From positions 107,002,396 to 107,045,389 of the forward strand of contig NC_068984.1 of the NCBI RefSeq assembly GCF_001194135.2: a stretch of 42,994 bases of DNA, in the 5' to 3' direction. A program made the position numbers and the translations under genes. This DNA is from Octopus bimaculoides (taxonomy: Eukaryota). The notes beneath the pieces were generated by a model. It saw only the letters and a list, made by a program, of their open reading frames with translations. It did no database searches and had not been told where the DNA came from. Shown here in pieces: positions 1 through 11,645 of this stretch (position 1 is the stretch's first letter; every line of letters begins with the position of its first letter).

Positions 1-131
1 ATATATATATATATATATAATTATCAGCATGTGAATAAATGCATATATATTACAGTTCTATATTTAAGAGATGAGGAGTTATGTATATTATTTACATTTG
101 ACAGGTATTTGTCCTCATCTTATTTGTTGTT

Positions 132-176
132 AACACAACGTTTCGGTGATATACCTTCCAGCCTTCATCAGGTGTC
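132..176 (-). ncRNA. Minimal type I hammerhead ribozyme motif
   Basis: Minus strand reads GACAC-CUGAUGA-A-GGCUG(gaaggtatat)CA-CC-GAAAC-GUU-GUGUU. Core boxes are intact, stem I is GACAC/GUGUU and stem III is reduced to the AACGUU palindrome. Stem II has a 1-nt deletion. Confidence 0.7.
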
Positions 177-253
177 TTGGAGAAAATTTCGAACATAATA
201 ATAACATCGAAAAATACCTTAGGAATGAGAACTCAGGTTCGAAATTTCTCCAA

Positions 254-299
254 AACACCTGATGAACGCTCGAGGGTATATGAGCCGAAACGTTGTGTT
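254..299 (+). ncRNA. Minimal type I hammerhead ribozyme motif
   Basis: AACAC(254-258)-CUGAUGA(259-265)-AC-GCUC(268-271)/GAGC(282-285)-C-GAAAC(287-291)-GUU(292-294)-GUGUU(295-299). Stem I is a perfect 5 bp and there is an AACGUU palindrome. Confidence 0.75.
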
Positions 300-385
300 A
301 ACAACAAACAAGATGAGGACATACACGAAATACACATACGAAAGGTGGGGCAAATATCCGTCAAATGTTAATAATGTAAATAATA

Positions 386-1060
386 TATATAAATATAGGG
401 GAGAATATACGAAAAAACAACAACAGACGAGGACAGGTGGTGTAAATAACAAAAGGATGTATTAGTATGACGCTCGGGAATACGGAAAGTCTTTGACGTT
501 TTGAGCTACGCTCTTCAACAGAAAGAATACGGAGACAAGGAGAAAAACACGGAGAAAAAAAATTGAATAGTGTCCAGTCAACGGTCAATCATAATAATGG
601 CTGATCATAACAATGGCTGACCGGAAGCTAGAAATTCTTTTTTCAGGAGAGCTAAAAAAAGGGGGAGATAACAAACGGTGATCGAAGAACGAGGGGCTGT
701 GTGTGGGAGATAGAATGCTGGTGATCTTGACGTATGTAGTGTGAAAATGGGGAAGGGAGAAANNNNNNNNNNNNNNNNNNNNNNNNNNNNNNNNNNNNNN
801 NNNNNNNNNNNNNNNNNNNATAGGGGGTGGGTGGTGGATGTAAGGAATTGGATGGAGTGGAGTGGGAAGGTAGAGTAGGAGTGTGTTGGGGTGTGGTGGG
901 ATGAGCTTATGAGGGGGTGTTGACGATGAAGGGGGAAGGGGAAGGTGGATGTAAGAGAGGGGGAAGATGGGTATGGGAGAGGAGAGAAAAAGAGGAAAAG
1001 AGGAGAGAGGGTGGGTATAAGAGAGGGAAGGTGGATTGAGAGAGGGGGAAGGTGGGTATA
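386..1060 (-). mobile_element. Penelope-like element 3' region/terminal repeat, second family (degraded, spans N gap)
   Basis: Carries a hammerhead-like motif at 490-526 and shows strong purine skew on + (pyrimidine-rich sense strand). No protein motif was recovered, so the classification is inferred from the ribozyme motif. Confidence 0.5.
490..526 (-). ncRNA. Degenerate hammerhead ribozyme motif (probably inactive)
   Basis: Minus strand reads UCUUU-CUGUUGA-A-GAGC(gta)GCUC-AAAAC-GUC-AAAGA. Stems I and II are perfect and the cleavage triplet is GUC, but the core deviates (CUGAUGA>CUGUUGA, GAAAC>AAAAC). Confidence 0.6.
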
Positions 1061-1482
1061 TATATATTATACATACACACTAATATTTACATGCGTATGT
1101 TTGTATAGACACTCATTTATGTTGGATTTCCTTAAATCTCTCAGTATCTAAATTCATTTTATTCTATTTATATTGTGGTTGATTTCTTTTACTCCACCTG
1201 TAATAACAGTTGTTTTACTATTGCCATTCACATTCTTTTTAATGATGTCTCACTTACAACCACTTCGGTGAAATGTTTTACGTATTTTTGTTTTCGAAGA
1301 ATAATTTACTGTTTCGTTTTTACAGTGTAATAGAAAACTCTTACTTGTTCTAGATAGCTACTCTCAAGAACCCATTTTATTACGCTATATTTTCATTCTT
1401 ATTGTCTATATTTCTTTATCCATTATCTTCAGAACTCATTATCCATTATCGTTTAATCAGTGTTATCTCGGAATACGTATAG

Positions 1483-1543
1483 TATTGTTGTTATTATTAA
1501 TAATGTTGTTGTTATTATTACTATTATTATTATTATTATTATT
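1483..1543. repeat. (TTA)n/(TTG)n microsatellite, the 3' tail/target of the adjacent R4-like element
   Basis: Direct inspection. Confidence 0.9.
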
Positions 1544-2820
1544 TACCTTTAATTTGCATGCTTGCTACAATTACTTGCCAAGACACACCCAGCGTCCTAG
1601 GGCTAGTAAAGGATAAGAGATGTTACAGTATGACTGAAAGTTTTATCGTGCGTGGGTGAGTCGCAGGGGCAATAGGGAAATATCTTCATGTAATACAACA
1701 CATATATTTATACTGAGAGGGTTTTTCTAAGGATGTGGGCACTACCTCTCAGCAAAATCTTTTGGATTTTTCTGAGGCATGGTTTCTCCTGGGATCTTAT
1801 CTAGATGTTTCTGACATCACTTTCTTATCATACTTAGGGCACCTAAAATAACAGGAACAGTTGTCGCTTTACGATTCCACATATTTATATTTCAATATCC
1901 AGGTCCGTATATTTACACAATCTGTCAAATTACTTCTCAGATTTTTATCCGCGAGGACACTTAGATCTATTAGTCTACAAGTATTTTCTTCCTTGTCTTT
2001 AGTGACTCTGATCGATTATCCTGGATCGTTCTGTCAGTGTTGACTGGAAAGTCCCAGAGGACAGTGACATTTTTACCTTCAACGACTGGCTCACGATCAT
2101 GTTGATACTAGTAAACAGGAGTGCTGACTCTGTAGTGTTTACATATTTTCCAATATAAATACTGTCCTATTTCTTTACTGCCCACAAGGGGCTACACACA
2201 GAGGGGACAAACAAGGACAGACAAACGGATTAAGTCGATTATATCGACCCCAGTGCGTAACTGGTACTTAATTTATCGACCCCGAAAGGATGAAAGGCAA
2301 AGTCGGCCTCGGCGGAATTTGAACTCAGAACGTAGCGGCAGACGAAATACCGCTAAGCATTTCTCCCGGCGTGCTAACGTTTCTGCCAGCTCGCTGCCTT
2401 ATAAATACTGTCCTACCCTACTGTGGAGATTTTTGCATTCATTTTGTCTCAGCACAGGATATCTGAGACGAGATGGTCTATTGTTTCATCAAAGTAATCA
2501 CAGAATCTGCATTTAGGGTCAGAACCGTTTTGAAGAACGCCAGTCTGGTAGTTTTTGGCAAGCAAGCTTTCATCTTGTGCCACTACCATGAAACCTTCAG
2601 TCTCTGCTTTCAGTCCTGAGCTTCACAGCCACTGTTGGGTTGTTGCTTGATCTACATCAGCATATCGGCTTCGATGAATATACTGTCCATGCAGAGACTT
2701 CTGGCTGCACCGATCCTCAATTTGTTTCTGCCCGTTCTTTTTTGCAGTCTGTTTGATCCGCCTTGCTCGTTTAGTAGTAGTGGCTTCTGATTCTTCATCT
2801 AATTCAGGATTAATTCCGAG
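1544..2820 (-). mobile_element. R4/Dong-clade non-LTR retrotransposon, 5'-truncated (copy A), interrupted by a SINE
   Basis: Minus-strand translation: KSLHGQY...QQWL*SSGLKAETEGFMVVAQDESL...PKCRFCDYFDETIDHLVS (zinc knuckle region), HSRVGQYLYWKICKHY (continuous across the SINE), VTVLWDFPVNTDRTIQ, CRLIDLSV, TVPVILGAL, QKILLRGSAHILRKTLSV* (stop 1708-1710). A short 3' UTR and (TAA)n tail follow. Confidence 0.9.
2170..2399 (-). mobile_element. tRNA-derived SINE, full length, with 15-16 bp target-site duplication
   Basis: Head AAGGCAGCGAGCTGGCAGAAACGTTAG (A-box-like) and GTTCAAATTCC (B box), then core GTCGATAAATTAAGTACCAG...CTGGGGTCGAT. TATAAATACTGTCCTA is duplicated at 2154-2169 and 2400-2415. Confidence 0.92.
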
Positions 2821-3562
2821 TTATTATTATCATTATTCAGTAGTCTTATTTTTATCACGTGCTTTCGCTCACTACCGAACGCAGCTCTGTGTGTTTTGGG
2901 TATGTGCTGTGGTTTGTTGTGCTGCTCTTGTTTTCACTACATTGAAAGTGTTTTACGGAGGATGTGTGCGGTGCCTAGTAGTGCTAATTTCTGTATGCTG
3001 TATATACTTGTATGTCCTGGTGTTTTGTTATGTATTTGTCTGGATGTTTTTTTTATCATACCTAATACGCCTACTATGATAGGAATTGTTTCAACCATTG
3101 TTGGGATTTTGCTTTGTCTATTTCTTTTCTGTTTAGCTTAACCCAATATTTGCATGAAGGGGCTTTTCTTGCCATCGTTTTATCACGATCTGTTCCTGTT
3201 CCAGTTTTAGTTTAGATTTCAGTTATTTTACAGCTTTCGTTGTTTTCTCTTTTTGTCCATATTTGTTATATACTATGACTTCTTTTTTTTTTTGTATTTG
3301 TCAGCTTCCTTAAAGAAAACAATTTTTGGTTTGTTTGTGTTTTGTAACTATTTGTATTAGCTTTCCTTGCTTCTGAAGTAGGTATTTCTGTAATCTTATG
3401 ATGGTTATTTTGTAATAGCTTTATAGCTGTATAAGGTCTCTACTACCGACGATACGTTGTATATATAGCCTTTTTGTGTTCGATTTTGGGTGGTGCATCG
3501 AAAATCCTGTCATTATTTTTCTTATTTTCCTGTTTATTATGATTAGTTCATTTAGAATCCAG
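2821..3562 (-). mobile_element. R4/Dong-clade fragment (copy B), 5'-truncated and internally deleted
   Basis: Minus strand: WILNELIIINRKIRKIMTGFSMHHPKSNTKRLYIQRIVGSRDLIQL...RWQEKPLHAKYWVKLNRKEIDKAKSQQWL is fused near 3092 to ETIPIIVGVLGMI...IQKLALLGTAHILRKTLSM* (stop 2937-2939). A (TAA)-like tail lies at 2821-2836. Confidence 0.88.
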
Positions 3563-3588
3563 ATTATTATTATTATTATTATTATTAT

Positions 3589-3641
<53 letters not shown>
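3563..3641. repeat. Compound microsatellite (ATT)n then (GTA)n
   Basis: ATT 3563-3590, GTA 3591-3641. Confidence 0.95.
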
Positions 3642-3753
3642 TTTTTTCTGTTATGGAAGACTCTCGGATAGTTCTTAATTACCAGTTATTCTTTACTTGA
3701 AAGCAGGCAATAACAAATCACCAAAGGTTTCAAGCGGTGCTTTCTCCTGTGAC

Positions 3754-4134
3754 TCAAAGAGACAATACTCTCTTTAGAATGCGAGTTGTACCCAAGAATG
3801 CAGTCTTCTGGATCACCTCGAGCCCGACAGCAGCTCCAATATTCTTAATATGTTTTTCAAAGCCCTTGGAAACTGCTCCCAATGCTCCAATTACCACCGG
3901 TATCACCATTATTTTCCTCATGCTCCATAACTTTCCTATCTCGTCCCGCAGCGGCTGATGTTTCTCAAATTTTTCTGTTTTCTCACATTTCAACTTCGAA
4001 TCGCCTGGTATTGCAACATGTATTATCTTTACTTCTTTTTCATCTTTATGAATGAGAACGATATCTAGTCGTCTCTCCTCGATGAGTTGGTCGCACTGCA
4101 TGTTAAAATCCCAGAGAATTTTTGCAACGCTCAT
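3754..4134 (-). pseudogene. Restriction-like endonuclease domain of R4/Dong copy C
   Basis: ILWDFNMQCDQLIEERRLDIV...AIPGD...EKFEKHQPLRDEIGKLW...PVVIGALG...QKTAFLGTTRILKRVL matches the R4-clade RLE pattern. Confidence 0.88.
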
Positions 4135-4706
4135 TTTCCATTACTCCCTCTGGCTTGTGTTCATACCATTGTTCGGTTCTCTCGAGGTTTGCTTTGTCAC
4201 ACAACAGTTATTGGACATATATGGCTACATTGTCCGTGTCTCCTTTTGTATTCGCGTGGTGCAAGCTTACACAATATGGCTTATATATTCTCTCTTCTCA
4301 AAGCACATCCTACACTGTAGCGAGTCAGTGATTTTATCAATGTGATATTTGGAGTAGTTTGTTCTGAGAGCTTGTTCTTGAGCGCTGCATAATAATGCCT
4401 CAGTTTCCCTTTTAAGTCTCCTTTCTGCAGCCATTGCCAGGTTCTATTCCAATCAATCTCATCGTTATTCTTCAAGAACTGACTGCATTTTCTTGTCCTG
4501 CCAAATTTTCTTCATCTATTCTCTCTGGTCGTTCTTAAATTGTGTTGGATCTACGGCTTCGGTCACTTTTAAAGTTCTCTGCATTTTCACTGCTTCAATC
4601 ATTTCTTCATTTCTCCCCTTGACATACCAAGACCGGCTAATCACCTCTTCCCATACACAACCTTCATAAAACAGCAATCCTCCTTTCCTCTTTACGTACA
4701 GAGGTG

Positions 4707-4802
4707 TAGTTCCTTGTTCATTGTCATTAATTTACGTATAGTTCCTTGTTCATTGTCATTAATTTACGTGTAGTTCCTTGTTCATTGTCATTAATTTACG
4801 TG
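4707..4802. repeat. Three tandem copies of a 32-bp unit inside R4 copy C
   Basis: TAGTTCCTTGTTCATTGTCATTAATTTACGT(A/G) starts at 4707, 4739 and 4771. Confidence 0.95.
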
Positions 4803-6305
4803 TTCTCCAAACTATTTCTTATAATTCATGCTTCTTCCAAGATGCTATTGCTGCCCCATATTTCATCAAAGCAACTTCCCACGTGTTAATTGCTCTAATT
4901 TTATAGCAGCCATTTAGCTTCGATTAGAGTGCAAGCCAAGTTCTCCTCAAATACTCTTTCCTGTACATTTCTTTCACCTTGTTTTCATTTATCTTATCTC
5001 TTTCAATGATACCCAGGTACTTATATCCTTTCTCACCGATTCCCTTTACTGTTTCACCACTTTACAGCTTGATCCCATGACTTTTACTGATTTTTCTCCT
5101 TTTGAGAATCATTACACCACATTTCTCAATCCAATATTCCATGCCAATATCTTTGCTAATCATCTGCACAGTTGCCGTCTAACTCTCAATTCCTTTCTCA
5201 GTCTTAGCGAATAGTTTTAGGTCATCCATAAATCACAGGTTGCTTACTTTCACCCTGCCTAGTATATACCCTAAGCGCATCTTTCTTAAAACGTTCGTTA
5301 GTGGCAATATGCAGACAACAAATAGGAGGGGTGACAGACTGTCCACTTGAAAGATTCATCTTTTGATATTTACTTCTCTCAGCTTATCTCTCCATGCTGT
5401 GAGTTCAGTTCGCCACGTTGTCATTGAGTTTTGTATTAACTTCAGGATATTTTGGGAGACCTTAAGCAGTTTAAGGCATTCAGTAACATACGAGACCATG
5501 TCATATGCTTTCCTGTAGTGCATCCATGCCATCACCAAATTTTTGTGTCCCTTCTTGCAGTCAGCCAGGATAGTCGTATCGATAAGTAATTGATCCTTCG
5601 TTCATCTGCTCTTACATCTACACCCTTTTTCTTCCACTGGTAGTAGGTCGTCCTCATCTAGGTAGTTATAGATGCTGTTTGATATGATGTCCGTCGTCAG
5701 TTTCCACATCTGTGACAAACAAGATATTGGGCGGGAATTTTCAACTGCATTCCCTTTACTTGAGTCCCTCTGGCATAGTACCATTCTTCCTTTTGTCATC
5801 CAGGCAGGTACTTGGATGTCACTACTCAGCATTTCGTCCATCTGTCTCGCAATTCTCCTGTGTAGAGCTGTCATGTTTTTAAGCCAAAAGCCCTGCAGCC
5901 CATCTAGGCCAGGCACTTTCCAGTTAAGAATTTTCCTACACTGATCTCCTCGGTTATTCTCAAATCCTCCTATTGATAGTCTCCACTCTCGTCTTTGAGT
6001 GTCTTTAACCACACTGCTTCAGTTTCGTGTTGTTTCTCTTGAGACCATATCTTTGACCAGAATCGTTTGCTTTCTTCAGCATCCGACACAGCTTTTTCAC
6101 CTTTTACTTTCCCATCCAGTTCCTGATAGACTCGGTTCGGATTTTGTTCGAAAAGTTTGTTTAATCTGTACTGCTCAATTCTCTGTTCATATCTCTTTAG
6201 TTTGTGTGCTTTAGCTTTCAAGCACTGTTTTAATTCCTCAATCACGACATTGGTTCCTCTTCTCTTTACCCTATACTTCCGCTCTAACTTAACATATTTC
6301 TCTCT

Positions 6306-6510
6306 ATTATTAATATTATTATTGGGTGAGAGAGCAATGCATGTCAACAAAGTGACACTGGGGTACAGATATACGAAGCCCAATATACTCATCATGACTA
6401 ACCGTCTGATAAGGGTACACTAGGCAATGCATCGCAACCGTATGTGCACTGCAATAGTCTGTAGAATTTTCCTCAGGTCGAGTATCTCATGCTACTTAAA
6501 AGGTCCCTGA
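6306..6510 (-). mobile_element. Non-coding 3' end of a (TAA)n-tailed retroelement (copy D), family inferred
   Basis: GC-richer unique segment ending (minus strand) ...GCATTGCTCTCTCACCCAATAATAAT, with the same polarity and tail as the neighbouring R4 copies. No coding motif seen. Confidence 0.5.
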
Positions 6511-6730
<220 letters not shown>

Positions 6731-7489
6731 TGGCTATGAAACTCCTAGGCATCGAATAAAAAATTTGAGCAAAATATGAGCCAACATGTACTCTTGCATG
6801 TTGTTTCAAATGCTAGAAATTGTACTCAAGTTCCCTCAATTCACTGTATTGAGAAAGAGGAGAAATTAGACAATACAATCCATGGTATGAAAAAATAGAG
6901 TATAGTCCCAGTAAGAATCCCCTTTGAACTCATATCTTGTCAAAAACGGTTTTACCTGAGGCTAATAAACTGCAATAGCTATAAGTAGTTATTCTTATAA
7001 ATCTATCTTGGCATGAATTAAAACCTTTTGTTATATTGCTTTTACTTCATTCTAATTTTATTTGAAGTTTTTTCGGGTTAACTGATTACATTTTTTCAAC
7101 TGTTACTTTTAATGATACAATTGTAAATCGGAGAATATAGAAAAACAAAACAGGATACATGTAGAACAATAGAGAAATAAATGTACTACTTTTAATTAAA
7201 ACTTAAACACCGTGCAAATTTAATTAATTCGATTAAATTTACATGAATATTTAAATGTCCGAACATAAAGAGAAAAGAAAATATTAAAATGAAATCGAAA
7301 AATCCAATGATAGTTCTGCAATTCACGTAGTATTTCGTAACATAACAATATGTGTAAGAGTTTATGTGTTCATGTATATAATATATACGTATACCTCTGC
7401 ATTGAAATATATACATATGTGTACATACATGCATACATACATACATTCATGCACCTATACATATATGTATTTATAATTATATATATTTA

Positions 7490-8567
7490 CAATGGCCTAC
7501 GAATAGTTTTTAACCACCCGTTGATATCTCCAGTTTTATTTTCTCTTCTTTGCAAGTTAATATATGACTTCAGTTCTATTTTTGAATTAATTGTAAGTTT
7601 AATTTGTTAAAACATAACAACTAATATCAACGAGAGAATATATCGATGAATTAACACTCCGGAAAATCGATGTCTGGTATTAAAGTAGAATGTTCTATTG
7701 AAAATAATTCAACTTATCTATAGTAATTATCAATAACGTATTCATGAGTTGTATTAAAGAAGGACATTGCCAAGTGAAAAAGAGATCTAGGAAGATGAAC
7801 AAAGTTTCAAAGACAAAGAAGCCAGGTAAGACAAAAGGCACTAAACATCGCCTTGAAAATACAAGAGAGGGTGCAAAGTCTATGGAAATGTCAGCTTATT
7901 GCATATGAACTGCATAAAAAAACCTTGGAGTCAATAAGACCGAATGTTTCGAATAGGCTACAGTGTCCTGTACTAAGGAAAATGAGATTTAGTTGTCAAA
8001 CATTTGGACTGATGAGAGTAAAGTCTACCAGTTTTCCACTTCAAGGCAAATATATGAGTGGCGTAACAAGTTTCAAACATGAAAATCAGGATTTTTGAAA
8101 GGTGGAACTAAACATAGTTACTGAATGAGGAGAAGGTATGTCAGCGATAGATAACTCAGAGTGCATCGTTGTTGGAAATATCAAAATACTATCAAATACC
8201 TGAAAAGTGCCAATTACCTATTTATTAAAATGCAGAAAGGAAACAGGAGAATCAGTCTTTTGCAAGAAGACATAACTCTATGTCATACATAAGAAATATC
8301 ACAAGCTTGAAAAAGAAGACAAGTAATCAAACCTTTGAAATATGTTACCGAAAGCCCGAAGGCTTGAAAGCTCCACGCGTTTAACCTAAAAGAATACATA
8401 TGGGAACAATTTGATAGAAATTTGTGAGCAAGATCGTCGAAAGAAGCATTGATAGAAGAATTCATGAATATAGACCAGTTTGTTAATGACTTAGAGGCAC
8501 ACGGTATTTCGTTATGAAACCATAATATGCTACAAACTTTTGAATAAGTGAATATCGCGTACTACTG
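7490..8567 (+). mobile_element. Highly degenerate Tc1-like DNA transposon
   Basis: Catalytic-triad remnants: WTDESK (8005-8022), QEDITLCHT (8263-8289) and NLKEYIWEQFDR (from 8383), cf. WSDESKF / QQDNAPCH / NPIENLW. Weak candidate TIRs TA|CAATGGCC (7488) and CTACTG|TA (8567) make the ends tentative. Confidence 0.55.
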
Positions 8568-8619
8568 TATATCAAATTTCTACTAATAATTCAACTAAAT
8601 CCATGCTTAATCGCATTGT

Positions 8620-9250
8620 AATATGCCAAACGATTAATGGGATTGACATCTACCGACGTCAGTAAAATTCCCAGTATTGTCGGACATTGTTGAGGTGTTT
8701 GGGAAACAGGCACACGGTTTGTGATGGCTCAAAAATCACTCGAAGTCGGTGTGTCCGAATGCAGTGACTATTCTGGGTAATGGTATGAGACGACAGTTAC
8801 TACTAAGGAGAGAGTGGTAGGTCAGGGGAAGCTTAACAACAGTATGTTGGGGTGTACAGTGGGAGTAAGCCCGGAGTGGTGGATGAATGAGTGGTAGATG
8901 TGGAGGATACGTATAGTTGGAACGCGTGTTTTATTGTAGTAGAGAAAAATCGAATGAAAGACGATTCTTTGATAACAGAGGAAGAATATGCTATTGATCA
9001 TGTATAGAACGTCGATGGAGGAAAGGAGGGACAAGCTTGGATAAGGTCGTTGTTTTAGTGAAAACAGGTAGAGCAGGTTGTGGCACGCGAGCGTATACGA
9101 GAAGTGAGTGAGAATAGAGTCGATGAAAGGAAAAGAGTAACGAATGGAGTTGAGTCAAAGTAGGGATAACCGTAGGCAGTGAGGTTGAGTACAGGTGATG
9201 GTGCATGGGGTGTTAGACGTAGCGGAAAAGTGAAGACAATCGTGAAAGGT
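8620..9250 (-). mobile_element. Degraded Penelope-like element, N-terminal ORF region
   Basis: Purine-skewed block. With frameshifts, the minus strand gives HTVVKLP-DLPLS...LSSNCRLIPLPR...TDFE*FL, resembling the V-x-I-P-x-D-L-P-L-S / LSKGLxFxP / DxxxFxR region of Penelope proteins. Confidence 0.45.
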
Positions 9251-9336
9251 TGGTATTATAAGAAATAATAAGAAATCGTACATCCTTGGATAATAAATAG
9301 AGAGATAGAATATATACATATATATATTCATATAGG

Positions 9337-9338
<2 letters not shown>

Positions 9339-9380
<42 letters not shown>
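9339..9380. repeat. (TG)n microsatellite
   Basis: Direct inspection. Confidence 0.95.
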
Positions 9381-9381
<1 letters not shown>

Positions 9382-11645
9382 ATGAAATAGATTAAAAGCA
9401 GTCCAATAGGAAGAAATAGGTTGATTTGCCTGTCCTATTACTGAAACCTTTAGAGAATAAATACAATAGACAGACAATGATTTTTGAAAATATTCTATCC
9501 AATAAATACTTTCCTCTGAACAAATTTCTTGGAAAATCGACCAATTCGATCTCAGACTATTACCATAAATACAACCTCAGCATCGTTTATTATGTTTCAG
9601 TATGCAGTTTATTTAATGTGCAGTGAATTGCCTCAATTTATAATATTTCCAGAAATATATTTTTCTTTATTGATTTAAAGCATCACATGAAATTTTATAG
9701 AACTCCGATGATTGGTTACACCTTCAATAAATGCCAAAGAACTTTCTCCCGACAGATTAAACACACTCAATGGCCATAGTAAAATAAATTCCAGATTTTA
9801 TTACAAAATATTTATAATCTCCAGTGTAGCATTTTCACTGCTATGTTGGTTCTTCCATTCCCTCAATATACAGGATGTGATAGAGATGTGTATAAATTTG
9901 TGGTTAATGACTATTAATTGATATAGATGCGTACGGTTATGTACTTTCTCATATAACTTGAGATTGTTTGACGGCAAGATGACTACTAGAGTTGTTAGAG
10001 TCGGTAAATATGCTTTGCGTAATTTCTTTTGGCTCTTTACTTTCTCAGTTCAAATCACACAGGTCAATTTTGCCTTTTATTCATCTATGGTCACTAAAAT
10101 TCCAGTACTAGAATCCATGGTATCAACTTATCCCCATCCCTTAAAAAACAGATTTGTTTACCCCCAAGAAGGGATTACAGCCGTACATTTTAAGCAAAAT
10201 TAATTTAAACGTGCATTGCACCTTCTGATTTGCTTACAAATTGTGACAATATTTAAATATTTCTTTTTGTGTTATACTTTTTTCTAATTTTATTGCTGAA
10301 CTCGTAGATTTACAAAGAGTTATTGCGTTACTTAGAAACAAACTTTTGTTGCAACCATAAGTTAACAACAGCTGCATACAGACTAGTACTGTCTGGTCAA
10401 TAGAAAAATGATTTTTACATAGTATGATCAATATCATCGATAACTTTTATCATAACAGTAAATTAGTCGTTTCTCTTCCCTGTCTTCGCCGAAACCGATA
10501 GTTTAGAGATTAAAATATAATGTAATGGAAAATTTTGGTTAAGAAATTTTGGAAACTTGTCAAACTTTGATTTCAAAATTGCTCTAAGCTGTGTGGCTTC
10601 AACAGTGATCTCCGACTGATGGGATGTATAGACAAGTATATGTAGAATAGTTGTAGTTGTAGCAGTGATTATGGCATCGATGAGATAGTAAGACTACTTA
10701 CATCTCTGTCTGCTTTTCTCTCTACTTCTTTCTCACTCTCTATCTCTCATTCCTATGACAGATTTGGCTACATCTAGATGACCTTTGAAATCCCACTGAC
10801 ATTACGAGATTTGTAATAAAAGTCCTTTTATGCAACAACATATTCAGAAGATACTGTGAAGTGCTTTAAGTTTGGATGTTTTTCGTTCAAATAATTCTTT
10901 GCCAGCTTCATATAACTGAAAGAATGGTTTTCTTAAGCTAGCTGATATTACCAAAATATATCTTCATTTAAAAGAAAAGAAAAGATTGGTTGCTGTTGTT
11001 GTTAGAGTAAGCCCCGTATCATGGAAACGAAATTCTATCTACACGACGAAAAGTAAGATTTATAATGTGATGTGGATAACACAGACTTGTTAAGTATAAT
11101 GAGATCTGCTTGTAAATATAAAAAGCATCAGTTATAGAATAATACACAGGCGAAATTGTAGAGGAAAATATTCACACACACACGCACACACAAACACATT
11201 TTTTAATAATTTTTAATATTGCTAACGTTCGCATCACATAAATGGATTCGTGTGTGCGAACGAGTATGTGAATGCATGTTTTTATTAATATGTATATGCT
11301 TTTGGTTAAGATCAAGGTGTAATACTACAGACACGAACGTGTGTGTGTACGAACTTTTAGACATATATATTCTCTGGCAGGTGTCTATATATATATAAAA
11401 TTAGTAGCATTGATGACACGACAGGGAAATAAGAAATGCATTTTATAGGTTCTATATTAGAGCAACTGACAACGACACTAATGGAAAACGTGAAACGACG
11501 TATCGTATCAGTTTCTGCCAATGGCTCTAAGATAAAGAATACGAACTTATTTCCTTTTCCCTCTGTCATCTCAGCCCTGCTGATATCTTTATCCGAAATG
11601 TCGAGGATTATATCTATTGCAACAAAATTAGCTTATAGTTGTTTA

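Larger units (their letters stand above)
56..385. mobile_element. Inverted (head-to-head) pair of Penelope-like terminal-repeat modules, each carrying a hammerhead motif
   Basis: 111-194 (gtcctcatcttatttgttgttaacacaacgtttcgg...ggagaaaatttcgaac) is the reverse complement of 237-320 with few mismatches. Similarity continues to about 84 and about 385 across a ~31-bp insertion after 320. Inverted terminal-repeat arrangements with hammerheads are an established hallmark of Penelope-like elements. Confidence 0.7.
3642..6305 (-). mobile_element. R4/Dong-clade non-LTR retrotransposon, 5'-truncated ~2.7 kb (copy C), defective
   Basis: ORF fragments 5970-6395, 5602-6012 (NWKVPGLDGLQGFWLK, RPISCL), 5356-5538 (YRKAYDMV), GIFQVDSLSPLLF, FMDD at 5221-5232, zinc knuckle CRMCFEKREYISHIV*AC (~4258-4316) and the endonuclease ORF 3754-4134. 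Multiple frameshifts and stops. Confidence 0.93.

Noticed and set aside
2340-2400. tRNA genes at SINE heads (also 13082, 24014, 36990)
   Set aside because: A/B boxes are present, but there is no complete cloverleaf and each continues into SINE core and tail.
2753-3141. Hydrophobic Cys-rich plus-strand ORFs resembling membrane proteins (also 4052-4345, 5672-6423, 27591-28930 on +)
   Set aside because: They are antisense readings of A-rich transposon coding sequence.
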